Source of the DNA: Octopus sinensis
Taxonomy: Eukaryota
Assembly: GCF_006345805.1 (NCBI RefSeq)
Contig: NC_043014.1
Location: 26,040,001-26,104,000 of the forward strand
DNA length: 64,000 nt
Direction: 5' to 3'
Shown here: piece by piece, positions 49,897-63,342 of the stretch
How the letters are laid out: every line of letters starts with the position of its first letter
Position numbering within the stretch: position 1 is the stretch's first letter
Made by a program: the position numbers and the translations under genes
The notes under the pieces: generated by a model
What the model saw: only the letters and a program-made list of their open reading frames with translations
Database searches by the model: none
What the model was told of the DNA's origin: nothing

Positions 49897-51932
49897 TATG
49901 TTAAATTATATGATAACCTTTTAGAGAAAGAAATAATTAAAAAATATAAAATTGTTCCAGATAGTAAACTTTATAATATTAATAAGGCCTCTAAATTAGT
50001 AATGATAAACTATGAATTGGATAATAAAACTGAACCTTATGTACCTATGCACCCTAGAATTACTCTGAAAGACCATAAAGATAATTTTTATTCAGACCCT
50101 AAAGTTAGATTAATTTGTCCATGTAAATCTGACCTTGGTAAATTGAGTAAACTTATTTTAGATAAATATATTAATAAATTAAATAAACTTAATTACTTAA
50201 AATTATGGTTTAGTAATGATAATACTTTGAATTGGTTTAATAATATTAAAGATAAAAATCGATATAAATTTATTCAAATAGATATAGATAATTACTATTC
50301 TTCTATTAATGAAATTGTGTTTAATAAGGCCCTTATTTTTGCAATGAATAAAGTGGGAATGACAATTGAAGAAGTTAATGTAATTAAAATGGCTAGGAAA
50401 TCGCTTATTAAATATAAAAATAAATTATGGGCTAGGAAAGATACTAGGGACTTTTTTGATATACATATGGGAGCACCTGATTCTGCACAAGCTACGGATT
50501 TAGTAGGTATTTATCTTTTATCTGAACTCCAATTAGAAAATTTAAAAATAGAGGGTGGTTTATATAGGGATGACCTTCTACTAATTACTAAGAATTGCAC
50601 TAATAGGAACCTAGAAGTATATAAGAAAAAACTTTATAGTTTCTTTAAAAGATATGGTTTAAGTATTACTATATATAATGATAATTTTAATGTTAATTAT
50701 TTAGATGTTAATTTTAATCTAATTACAGGTAAAACACAACCATATCATAAATTTAATGAGAACCTTAGATATATAAATGTTAATAGTAATCACCCACCAT
50801 CAATTAAAAAATCGTTGATTAATAATATAAGTAAACGTATATCATTACTTTCTTATGATTTAGAGATTTTTAATAAACATGCTCCTTATTACAATGAGGC
50901 CCTTAGAGAAGCAGGTTATAATAGTAATATTAAATTTTTTATTAAAAATAAAGATATAACTAATAATATTAGAGATAAAAATATTAATAATAATTATAAT
51001 AATTTTGTTAGTAATAGTGGTAATAATATTAGAAATTATAAAAATAAAAATAATATAAATAAAAATAAGAATAAAAATAAAAATAAAATTAATAACTTTA
51101 ATAATTCTTTAAATGTTAATTATAAATTTAAATCCAATAATAATAATAATAATAATATGATAAAGAAATATAATAATAACAATAATAATGACAGTTTTAA
51201 TAATAAGAAGGAAAATAAGAATAAAATTTGGTTAATAGTTTCTTATGGTGCTCAAGTTAAAACGAACATGATTAAAGAGATTTTAGATATTATTGAACTA
51301 TTTATTCGAGATAATCGTAAATATAAAAACATTTTCTCTAGTAATAATTTTGGCGTAGGTTATTCCACCACTAATAGTGTAGGTAACATTATTTCTTCTT
51401 TTAACAAATTTAAACTGAATAATTTTTCTAAAAATAAATTATATAAAAATACCAATAATAAAGATAAGACACTAATTAACTGTACATGTAGAGATAAGAC
51501 TAATGTAAATTAAATTATAAATGTGATATTAACGATGTAGTGTATAAATGTATAGTTACATTACATGATGAGAATAATAATAATAATAATAACTCAAACG
51601 CAATATATATAGGGTCCACTTCCTCTAAAATAAAATTAAGAATCGCACAATATATGAATTCATTTAAAAATAAAAACTTAATTAACTCCACTGGATTTAG
51701 CAAGTACATTTGGGGACTTAAATCCCAAAATATTAATTATAATTTATCTTGGGAAATAATTAGTAAAACTAAATCATATAGTATAGGAGCGAATTTTTGT
51801 TATTTATGTTCTAATGAGTTTAAGGAAATTTTATTTTATAAGCATGATAATTTACTGAATATCTGTGATGAGCGCAAAATAAAATGCAGACACAAGTTAC
51901 TTTACTTATATAATAAATTTCTTGATAAATAA
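49897..51932 (+). pseudogene. PLE reverse transcriptase-GIY-YIG ORF with a single -1 frameshift at about 51504
   Basis: RLICPCKSDLGKLSK, FIQIDIDNYYSSI, MGAPDS, GGLYRDD, NSNHPPSI. Restoring one T gives CTCRDKTNCKLNYKCDINDVVYK...YIGST...CYLC...CRH. Confidence 0.92.
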
Positions 51933-54163
51933 TGAATATTTCTTAGCCTTAATTAGCCCCCTATTTGTTGTTTTATGTAATAGTATTCTAAATATAGCAG
52001 GTGATTTGTAGTACATATTATATTAGTTTATTTTAGTTATTTAGGTTCTGTTTTTAATTATAGTTAGATTATATATAGTTGTTCATTTTATTCCTAAATA
52101 TTTTATTACTAAATATATTTTTAATAAATATTTAATGGTTTATTGAATATAGAGTCTGGTAAGTTACAATTTTATTTATTTTATATATTTTGTTATATTT
52201 CTGTTATAACTTCGTTAAATTATAATTTTTGTTATATTAATCTATTTGTATGTAATCTCTTTATATTTGAAATAGATTTATTTAGTTGTTTATTTAATCT
52301 ATTTTATTTAATATAGAAGTATAGATTAGTAGATTAATCATTTAGATTTAACTTAATATTTACCTCTATTTTGTATTGTAGTATAATTATAGACATTTAT
52401 ATATGTATTTATTATATTATATATGTGGTTGTGTGTGTATGTATATATGTGTATATGATGATGTGTGTGAATATATATGTATATGTATATACATTTATTT
52501 ATTTATGTGTGTGTGTGTGGGTGTGTATATATAGGTGTAAGTGTATATATTGAGTATTGTATGTATGTACATGTATGTATGAGTGTGCATATGTGTATGT
52601 GTGTATGTGTGCGTATATATGTGTGTATATATGTATATGTATGTATGTGTGTATGTATGTGTATATGTGTATGTATATGTATATGTATATATATGTATAT
52701 ATATATGTATATATATATGTATATTATATATGTATATGTATGTATATTTTTTTATATATTTATGTATACGTATGTATAGTTATATTACAAATTTTGATAA
52801 GTATTTATAGATTTGGTTATGATCACTAATTTTAGCTTATAATTATAAAGGCATGGGAAAGACTTTATAGTATGTTGAGGGGTTACTATTTAAATAAATT
52901 TTTATATATTTATTAATCTTTAAGATTTTTAGAATATATTTAATAATTAGTGGTTTTTAATCATTTAAATCATTTAATTTATTTTGTATTAAATTTCATT
53001 TATCATAGTTATTTTATTAATAAATATTATAGTATAGAGAGATTTTATTCTTTATTTGTGACTTTATTCTATTTACAATGATAAGCAAATAATTTTCCCG
53101 TTCACAATCATTAATAAAACGTAGGTTCCTCACGCGTAATGAATTCTTCAACAATTTATTCTTTTTTTTGCTAATAACGTAATTCCACGAGTATACTAAT
53201 AAACGCTGTAAAGACGTTTTCCGATTCAACATTTTAGTTCATTGCTAAACCTCGCTAAGATAAGTATGTATTTATTTAAGATCTTCAAATTGTAAATTGT
53301 AATATTGTATAAGTCTTTGGGGTAATAATATTCTCCTTATGTAAATATCGTTGTTTTTGTAATGATCTAATTATCGTAATTTTCTATATTATTAGATATT
53401 AAATTTAAGTTTATTCGTAAGATACTACTTAGCGATAGATTTGTTATTTGATAACAAGCATACGAGGTGTATTAAGTTAGGCTTTTGTATATACATGTTT
53501 TAATAGTATTAATTGTAGTTTTAAATTTATAATTAAATTAGATAAACTTTGATAAACTTAGATATGTTTCGACTAAAGATTGGTCCAGGCCATGTCTAAT
53601 TTAATAGCATAACTTAGTTATTCCCATTGATAATTATATTTATAGTATTTATAGTATTTATTCGATACTATATTACTACGAATTGATTATTTCTAAAAGT
53701 ATTTTACATAAGATTTCCGAAAGTTCGTTTAAGTTTGTTTATTTGTATTTTGAAATTAGCTATTTCATCTTTAAATATGAAAAATTAAATTTATTAGGTT
53801 TCTATTATAAGTGCATGTACATTTATTTATTGAGATTATTTTAGATCTTATTTATAATATTTATATACGTTTATATATTTTCATTGATGATTTATATATA
53901 TTAGTCATTTTAAAATATTTATGTAATTAGATATAGACTAATACCGATATTAAATTATGGGTGGGTTTCCTACCTTATAAATTAAAATTAATATTTAACA
54001 TTATAGTCGATTTTGATATAATCATAATTGTTAAGTTCTATGTTTCTAGTTTGATAATAGAGTTAAATACTATAATAGTGTTTATTATAAGTAAAATTAT
54101 TATATTATTTATATCTTAAAAATATTGTTTAAATATTTCTGATTATATTTTAGATATTTCAAT

Positions 54164-54232
54164 TACCTGAAGATTGACTGTAACCATAACTCGAATTATT
54201 ACGAATTGGACAGCCATGAAACGATCGTAGTG
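54164..54232 (+). ncRNA. Minimal type-I hammerhead ribozyme motif
   Basis: TAC CTGAAGA TTGACTGT...ACAGCCAT GAAA CGATC GTA GTG. Stem III is the palindrome ACGATCGT and the triplet is GUA. Confidence 0.65.
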
Positions 54233-54363
54233 TTATACTCATTATCTTTTATTAAACTTTTAATACTTTTGATATATATTTAAAATAATATAAATTAATT
54301 AATTTTATGTATTGGCTTAAGTTTTTCATTGTTTGATTTGCCTAATTGTGGTTTTATCTCTAA

Positions 54364-54421
<58 letters not shown>

Positions 54422-55268
54422 GTCTTGATAATACTAAAACTCTAGAGATGTTTGTGTGTACCGGAAATATCCCAGAAATAGTATATTCTATCTTAATTTT
54501 TTTTGCATATTTATTTTCATACATACCTTCGGCAGTGCAGTACAACTATTTGTGATATTTGTGACTCTATTTATAAAGGAAAACGATTAAACACAATTTT
54601 TGTTTATTATTTCTTGACGAAAAAAAAAATAACATCGCCTCCGTGACGTCAACCCACATACATACATACATACATACAGAATACACACACATAATGAATG
54701 CCTTGGCTTGTCAATCAACACAAACACACGTCCGCTATCTGTGGCATATACACACACATAGTCTTCGCACTCTCTAAGATAAAAGATAACGTTGACTTTT
54801 TGACGTACACAATATTTTAATCATTTAGAAATATTTTTAACTGAATGTCATTTCAAAAATGTATGTTGTTTGTACAATAAATATTTATATTTTAGCTTTC
54901 CTTAAACAGACAATATTTTAATGTATTTTTAAAATTACCTTCAAGTGAATGGCAATCATTCGCTTATCATTCGGGAGTTCGTTAATTTCCATAAAAATCT
55001 TCATTTATTTACTTTTCTTTGAAGTGTGAAGAGAGGAGAAAGTGAAACTGAAAGGTATGTACGTGTATATGAAATGGACATGTGTGTGAGTGAAAGAAAG
55101 AGAGAGAAAGGGACATAGAGAGAAAGAGTGAGAGAGTGAAGGGGTCTGTTGTGTCATGTATACGTATATATATATATCTATACATGTGTTGTCATGTATA
55201 CTTACATATATCAAATAATTTTTGCATGTACAGGTGTATGTATGTGTGTATGTGTGTATGTGTGAAAC

Positions 55269-55299
<31 letters not shown>

Positions 55300-55801
55300 A
55301 AGAGAGAGAGAGAGAGGGAAAGAGAGAGTGGGTGAGTGAGTGAACGAGTGTGTTATGTGTGTGTAAGTGGCACTCTCTCTCTCTCTCACACACACACATA
55401 CATACTTCTATTTCATATACACGTTCGTACATCTTGCACTTTCTCCTCTCTTTCACTATAAACAAAAGAAAATAAATAAAAAAAATTATACAGAAATTAA
55501 CGAACAAAAGCAGCTCATCCGGATGTCAAGTTCTGAGAGTCAAAGCGAAAGATCGTCCCAAGGGAATACCATTGCAAAAAAATTGTTCGAGTGCATTCAA
55601 CGTATATCAGCTCCAAATATTTGGCTGCTATTCCTACCACATACAAATAAACTGAAAATAAAAGGATAGAAAAATCATTAACAGGGATCCGATCTCTGAT
55701 ACACAGCAGCAACTGTTAAAAACTGATGTACGACATGTCACGATAGTGCCTCTACAAATCTACCGGAAATTGACTACCCAATGTGTGTTTGCACGCACGT
55801 G

Positions 55802-55832
<31 letters not shown>

Positions 55833-55858
55833 ACGGAAAATATAGATATATATGTATA

Positions 55859-55952
<94 letters not shown>

Positions 55953-56925
55953 TATATATATATGCGTATATATAATGGGCTTGCAAAACTACCATTAGGA
56001 TCTTTTATGCTTGGTTGCATCTGTGGAAATTTTTTAATTGAGTGAAAAATTTAAAATTTGATGTAGTGATGTAATTTTCCATGTTGAATCTCAGGGGCTA
56101 ATTAACTTTTTCCAGAAAATTCTTTTTAAAAAATTACAGAGGCTTAAATTTTGAGCACTTTTACCCCGTCAGGATTTGGAAGCTGTCAATTTGTGCGTGA
56201 CTGCACGTGTTGTCAACTATAAACAAATGAAATATTGGCGGAATTCGGCTTTACGCACGCCATATAAACCCTCATAACCTTTTTACTTTTGGAATTCTCA
56301 GAAACCTTTTTACGAATTTGTATTTTACACACAGGAATTCAAATTTGCAAAAAAATGAATAAATAAATATATATTGCAAGAAAAAATTGGTGCTTGATAT
56401 AATGCCTATTTAGCTATTATACGTAGCACATCTAACGACCACTTCATACCTCATTGTTTTAAGCATTTGATTAGTGAAAAATGACCCCGTGGGTAAGCAG
56501 CTTGGTTTGGTACTGTGGAAACAGGCATCTATCTGTCTGTGGCTTTTGATTGGCTAAAATTACTCAAAATTTGCAAACTCTAAAAACTATTAACACTTTA
56601 TTTATTGATTCATGTCACTGATTACCATAAAAATAAATTACACCAACTAATTGGGAAAAAATTGAAGAAATTGCGAAGTGGCAGCCAAGCAGAAAAGATC
56701 CTCATTACTAAGTAATACGTGTGTATATCTCAATAAATTGATTGATATAAACAAGAAGTCAGTTTTTCTTTTATCTCAATGATACGGAAAGAAAAAAATT
56801 AGACAGAATCGAAGCAAAACATTTCTTTTAATAAACTTAAAAATAGCACTTTGTTTCTTGCTGCCATTGTCCTTTAGGTTCCACCAGCATATCAGCCCTA
56901 ACCGAAATGACATTATCGATTTCAC

Positions 56926-57315
56926 ATATTATCAAGTGGTTTCCAGTCATGACCAACCACTCTTTTTACATAATGTTTTACGACGAAAGGGTAATATTAT
57001 TTTTAGCAGTTCAAGTGACCATAAGAGCGCTTCCTTGTTGGCTGAAGAATGAAAATATTATCAAGTGGTTTCCAGTCATGACCAACCACTCTTTTTACAT
57101 AATGTTTTACGACGAAAGGGTAATATTATTTTTAGCAGTTCAAGTGACCATAAGAGCGCTTCCTTGTTGGCTGAAGAATGAAAATATTATCAAGTGGTTT
57201 CCAGTCATGACCAACCACTCTTTTTACATAATGTTTTACGACGAAAGGGTAATATTATTTTTAGCAGTTCAAGTGACCATAAGAGCGCTTCCTTGTTGGC
57301 TGAAGAATGAAAATA
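56926..57315. repeat. Three identical tandem copies of a 129-bp unit
   Basis: The unit starts at 56926, 57055 and 57184. Confidence 0.97.
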
Positions 57316-57725
57316 AATAAATAAATGTGGCTGGTAAAAGCAGAAATGTATTAGTGTACATAGCAAATGCCGAGCAGTGTCAAACGTTTCTTAAATTGTT
57401 TTTATCTGTAACTATTTATTTTCTCTCTTTCTCCCTTCCCTTCTTTTTCTGTACCTCTCTCTCTCTCTCTCTCTCTCTCTTCTTTATCCTTTGTATATAT
57501 TATTGACAAGCAAGGGATTAAACATCTGTCAGTCATTACCACGTAAAATAAAATTTTTAAAAATGAAGAAAGCTTTACCTCTACGTGCTGATAGCAAGAT
57601 GTAACATTTTCATGTTTGAAAGTAGAGTATCATGTAAAATTTAAAAAATAAAGTAGTGTGTTTGTAAGTGTGCGCGCGTTTGTGCATGTATGTGTGAGTG
57701 TATGACTGTGTGGGCGTTTGTTTGC

Positions 57726-57764
<39 letters not shown>

Positions 57765-57888
57765 CGTGCGTGCTGATAAATATTTTGCTGTTAACGTTGT
57801 GCGTTTTCGTGCATGCATGCAGATGTATTTGTTATTTGCGTATGTATGTGTATATATATAGTAGAGAGTAGAGTATATATATGTTAGT

Positions 57889-58673
57889 GCGGCGATCTGG
57901 CAGAATCGTTAGCACGCCGGGCGAAATGTGTAGCCGTGTTTCGTCTGCCGTTACGTTGTGAGCTCAAATTCCGCCATGGTCGACTTTGCCTTTTATCCTT
58001 TCGGATTCGATAAATTAAGTACCAGTTACGCACTGGGGACAATGTAATCGACTTAATACCTATGTCTGTCCTTGTTTGTCCCCTCTATGTTTAGCCCCTT
58101 GTGGGTAATAAAGAAATAGGCATTTCGTCTGTCGCTACGTTCTGAGTTCAAATTCCGCCGAGGTCGACTTTGCCTTCCATCCTTTCGGGGTCGATAAATT
58201 AAGTACCAGTTACGTACTGGGGTCGATCTAATCGACTGCTCCTTCCCCCAGAATTTCGAGCCTTGTGCCTAGAGTAGAAAAGAATATATATATATGTGTG
58301 TGTGTGTTAGGGTGGCGAGCTGGCAGGAACGTTAGTGTGCCGGGTGAAATGCTTAGCGGTGTTTCGTCTGTCTTTACGTTCTGAGTTCAAATTCCGCCGA
58401 GGTCGACTTTGCCTTTCATCGTTTCGGGGTCGATAAATTAAGTACCAGTTACACACTGGGGATGTAATTGACTTAATCCCTTTGTCTGTCCTTGTTTGTC
58501 CCCTCTATGTTTAGCCCCTTGTGGGCAATAAAGAAACGTGTGCCGGGCGAAACGCTTATTGGTATTTCGTCTGTCTTTAGGTCCAGAGTTCAAATTTCAC
58601 TGAGGTCGACTTTGCCTTTCAGGGCTTCGCCTCCCCAGAGATTTCGGGTCTTGTGCCTAGAGTAGAAAACAAT
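57889..58673 (+). mobile_element. Cluster of four family-B SINE copies arranged as two similar pairs
   Basis: Copies at 57889-58118, 58119-58285, about 58310-58536 and 58537-58673. The central CCTTTCATCCTTTCGGGGTCGATAAATTAAGTACCAG resembles, from memory, the MetaSINE core. Confidence 0.85.
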
Positions 58674-59429
58674 ATATATGTAACATATGTTTATATATTA
58701 ATATATATTTAACATATTTATATATATATAAACTTATATATAAGTACGTATGTAATATATATGTGTTTATATATATAATATATATGTATGTATACTTATA
58801 TATGTATACATTTAGTTTACGTAATATCAACTCCATAATTCTATGATTGTTTCGATTATAGTTAATTATTGTGTTATTTTGTTGTTTGTTTATTTGTTGA
58901 GTGTTTTTATTGCTGTTGAAACGAGAGCTTTTTAAATTGCTTCTTGAAATTCTTTATCCATGTAAATGTTCACATTCAAGAATCTGTTTATAGTAAAAAC
59001 AGGTTCCTGCTCCACTTTGTTTTTCCGTCTTCATATTTATGGAACTAAAATCCCCCCTCTCTCTTCCGCCCTCTCTCCCCCTGTCTTTCTTCCTCCCTTA
59101 CTCTCCATCTTTCTTTCTCTAATAAAGAACAGTTCATTGAATTTATGCTGACAAGTTTTCAATTATTTTGACCGCATTTTGTTATGGTCCCCGTGGGAAC
59201 ACAAACAGCCGGTAGCTTTTGTCTTACATGCAAAAACGGTACTACTTATTTCTGCAATGTTAGTTGAACACATCAGCTGCAAACATTTTAGTTGTTACTG
59301 TTGATGTTCTAATTGTTGTTGTTATTTTTATTTGGCGCTAGGAGATTTACATTCAAATTCATTCTTACCATGACCATCCCTTCTTTTATGCATATCAAAG
59401 GCTAAATTATCCAAGGCTTTTGCCTACTG

Positions 59430-59640
59430 TTCTCCTATCAGATATTCTCACAAACTTTTTGCATGCGGCCAAGATCCTTTTCCCAGTCGCCCACTAACAC
59501 TAATAAGTGAGATGTTATCAAGAAAGAGATCGTGACGTCTAAAGAAATCCGTCCGTCCGGCTCCTGTCGGAACGTAGACAATACTAGTCTGAAATCTCTA
59601 CTTTCCACTTTCTTGTTGCTCACCCCCAGCACCCCAAACC
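59430..59640 (-). mobile_element. Tx1/L1-like APE fragment
   Basis: DFRLVLS...LVLVGDW, homologous to FRLVAAY...LVLVGDWN at 63.8-63.9 kb. Confidence 0.7.
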
Positions 59641-60965
59641 CCTGACCGAGTGTAGGAAAGCCGTAATCTCTAAAGGCAAATAAAGATAAAGGATGTAATG
59701 TGGTATTACAAGAAAACGTGTAAACACTATTATAGTAGATACGAAGAAGCAAAAAATCAAATAAGAACTAAAGCCCCAAAAGATGGAGACCTCCGAAGAC
59801 TTCCATGAATCCAACTTTACATGGTCACCATGACGAATAGGATAAGTACCATCTCCCTACTTTCCTCCTTCAATCTAAAGATACATGCTCATGGCAAATC
59901 TGTTGATTCGGGTTATTCTTGCCACTCTATTTCACCTCTCGAAAATGCTACTGTGAGGCAGTAATTCCCTCTTCACCCTCGCTTTCCTTTCAAGTGAAAC
60001 TTGAGAAAGCTGACGAAGACTTGGTCAAGGACGAAGGCATCTGTCTTCAGTTCTTTCAATCTTGTCCAGCACACAACGTCTTTTCCCTAAGTTACAAGAC
60101 AGATGAAGACTTGCATGCACTTCCCGACCAAAGAGAAGCGATGCGATGATCTTCACGGTGAACTCAGCCGATAGCCATCTGATCCGTCCTACACAGAAGA
60201 GCAGGTGTTCGACATTACTTCACAAGTCAACAAATAGTCGGGTACTGGATGAGAACGTGCAGAACTATTCACATCTGACGCGTGCTGGCAATTCTTTCAG
60301 TAGCACTCACAATCCAAATATTTCTGAACCTCAATTGGAAAGTCCTCTGGAAAAAACTAGCTACTTCGTTTTTGTCGAGGCTCAAGCTGTTCCTGAGGAC
60401 GTCATTACTCTTGCCCGCCACCAACACTCTAGAAATCTAGAGGGTTACATCCACCGACCGCACTACCCGACCGGTAAAAGGTTGTAAGCGTTTCATAACA
60501 TTCCAGATGCCACGCACCCTGTCTCTGTCTACGCTTGACCCAGGACTGCAACTGTATCAAAGAGACGAGATGTGGAAATACTCAACAGGCAAACGGCGAT
60601 CACACCTGTTCACTGTCAAGGAATTACTGGAGATATCGCAGACGCAGCACATGTTTGTACATGTTTGTTATGGCATGCCCAGGTCACAGCAGATGTTAAC
60701 AGCAAAGTGATTCCCCTCCATAGCAAGAAGAAAGACAAACGCTCCAGTCTGGTAAGATGTGAACTGGGGGCAAGGTACGGGTGTCAGGCGATATTACATA
60801 GACGATGTAAGTGTTCGCCACCTCTGCCCGTCCTTTCAAGGATAAATTTCTCTCGGACTATTTCTCGGTGATATTTGCCACCCTGTTCGTTATCTCGTAT
60901 CAGTTCTTCAATACTTGGAGACTCAATCAAAGCAAACCCCGAGCAATTTAACCAGTGCTGCTGAA
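59640..60965 (-). mobile_element. Tx1/L1-like LINE, 3' part of ORF2 and UTR
   Basis: About 60806-60960 is homologous to about 61890-62045. Degenerate CCHC near 60250, stop at 59875. Confidence 0.8.
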
Positions 60966-61204
60966 TAGCTGGATAGGATGGCTATTTAACGCCACCCCAC
61001 AAAAAGTGTGTAAGCCCTTTTTATTACTTCAAACTATGAAATATCACTCTCTGTAATTCAAAGACGTGAGATGTTTTTAGAGAATTGTCTATATGTTTGC
61101 TAATACTTTGAGACGTTTATAGATATTTATATCTTAACTACGATATGATATTCCATAGATGGATTCCTTTATCGTAAATACGATGTGATGTTTTATAGAA
61201 ACTT

Positions 61205-63294
61205 GAAGTCAGCAATGTTCGGGCACTGGACGAAAGCGTGCAGAACGGTTTCATCGCTCTGCATGCATCTCGGGCAGTCCCCGCTGACGGCACTTTCGTG
61301 CCTGTAAAGTTTATCCCGAATAGGCAACACCCCTCGGTAGCACTGCTAGGCAAGGGATTTCTGTCTGAAAGTTATCTATTGACCCAGGCCCAAAAGTTCT
61401 CCGAAACAGGCCTCTTAGGTGATCTTCATCGACGCCCAGAGTTTCCCCGAGAACGTCGTCGCACATTCCTTCCACTAGCCCTCTATAGAACGCTAGAGTG
61501 GAACTACCACCAACCGCATTGTCCGCCTGGTGGAGAGCCGTGAGCGCTTGACGGCACTCGAAGTGGCAAGCGACCCTCCTCGGTCTACGCCTAATCCAGG
61601 ATTGCAGCTCAGTCAAAGAGACGAACTGTGGAAGAGTGAGTCTGACAAACGACGACCACACCTGTTCACCGTCAAGATAACGCCAGATATGCCGTAACCT
61701 GATCTCATGCTTGCGCATCAGCAACCAAGGAATTCCCAGCCCACTATTTAGCGGCTGTTGACAGCAGATGGAGCGCCTGACCAGTGGAACGCGTCCCTTC
61801 TGCAAAAAGCAGAAGAGTAAGCGTACCGGCTTGGTCAACCAACAAAATGGTGCAAGGGACAACGGTCAAGCGGTAATAGATGACGGATGCGATGTACGCA
61901 TTCGCCACCTCGGCTCGACCTTTCAAGGACAGCTTCCTCTAGGCCCATTTCTGGGTGAGATTGACCACTCTGTTTGTCACCTCGTCCCGGTTTTTCTCCA
62001 CCTGAAGTTTGAACCAAATCATACCCCGAGCAATTTAACCAGACCGTCTATCCAGCGTCCCACGACGCTCTTGGACGGCATGAACTTCCTTGTACAGCTG
62101 CCGAGTTGCCAGCTCTCTGAGTTTTCGTCGTTAATTTTTGCTCCTGTCATCGCTTCATATTCTCGTGTCGCCAATCAGGTCTATATGCCTGTAACTCGAC
62201 ACTATGACGCTGACATCATCAGAATAAGCAGACACACTTCTCCTACAACCTAGATCACGCGGGACACCCCTCAAAGCTTCCAACTTCTGCAGCAGTGTCT
62301 TAAGTGTCAGTGCATACAGAAGGGAGATACAGACAGAGCGGAAGATACAGAATGGTTCTGAAAGGTGACCATTCACTCGAACAATCGGGCAGATGCCGCT
62401 GTACAAAGCAGCGATCCAACCGCGGAAAACCGGACCGAAACCGGCTGCTCTGAGAACAACTGCCAAGTATTGATGGTCAACCCTATCGAAGGCTTTAGAG
62501 TGATCAGTTTTGTTACCCATCCTCTTTTTATGATGTGGCGCATAAGGTGGAGGTTGTCGTGGATAGTCCTATTTGGGATGGCGCATAATTGTTCCTCGTC
62601 AATCAGCTTGTCCACGACAAGCGCCAACCTCTTGGCTAAACCTTGGCCAAAATCTTCAGCTGTGCATTGAGCAGAGTGGTGGGCCTGAAATTCTCTATAA
62701 CGTCCCTTTTGTTTGGGTATTTTCTCAGCAGTGCCAGCGCCCCTCGGCAAACAAAAATGGGAATTCTCTCATTTTGTTGCCAGTTGATATAGACGTCTGG
62801 TAAGAGGCCCGCAAACAAGTCTGGCATTGAAATATAAAGCTCGTAGGGCAGGCCATCCCTATCCGGTGATCTGCCTCTTGTGAAGCTCTTCCTGCATCTC
62901 CGTCATTGTTATCGACCTTTCGCAGCACACCGCTTCCCTCATCGAGAGTCCAGGTAGACACCGAAGTCTGCCCTGTTTCCTGTCCTAACATTCGTCTTGA
63001 ACAGTCGAGCAAAGTGCTGCTGAAAGGCCGCGCATATCTGCTTCGGTTCAAAGATCTCGTGCCCATTCTGGTCCACCAAAGACCGAATAGGAACTCTGTT
63101 GCTACGTTTTGCCTCCCTCACTCGCACCCATCGCCAGCTTTCGTTCCCTCCCCGCTTAGTGAACGTGCCTTAGCTCTGACAACGTAGCCTTCGTGTTTGG
63201 CGTCGAAAATTTGGTCGAGGGCCGACCTCGTGCCAACACGTCGGTTGCGATGACTTTCCTAAGCGCCTTATCTAATTTTCTAATTAAATCTCTT

Positions 63295-63342
<48 letters not shown>

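Larger units (their letters stand above)
49895..54368 (+). mobile_element. Penelope-like element (Hydra-like by recollection), 5'-truncated, ending at (TA)n
   Basis: RT-GIY-YIG coding region to 51932, then a long AT-rich 3' region with a hammerhead motif at 54164-54232, then (TA)n at 54369-54418. That the region beyond the 52370-52780 microsatellite belongs to the element is inferred. Confidence 0.75.

Noticed and set aside
53017-53640. Minus-strand frame with TAA/TAG stops, suggesting an alternative genetic code or a PLE N-terminus
   Set aside because: Stops are as dense as expected in very AT-rich DNA, include TGA, and no convincing motif is present.
55513-55669. MSSSESQSERSSQGN... as a possible first coding exon
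   Set aside because: No recognisable homology or splice donor, and it is surrounded by microsatellites.
56907-57320. 137-aa ORF with a 43-aa repeat
   Set aside because: It stays open only because the 129-bp unit is a multiple of 3 with one stop-free frame. No protein resemblance.
60146-62670. Plus-strand ORFs of 60-160 aa
   Set aside because: They are antisense to the Tx1/L1-like ORF2 remnants.
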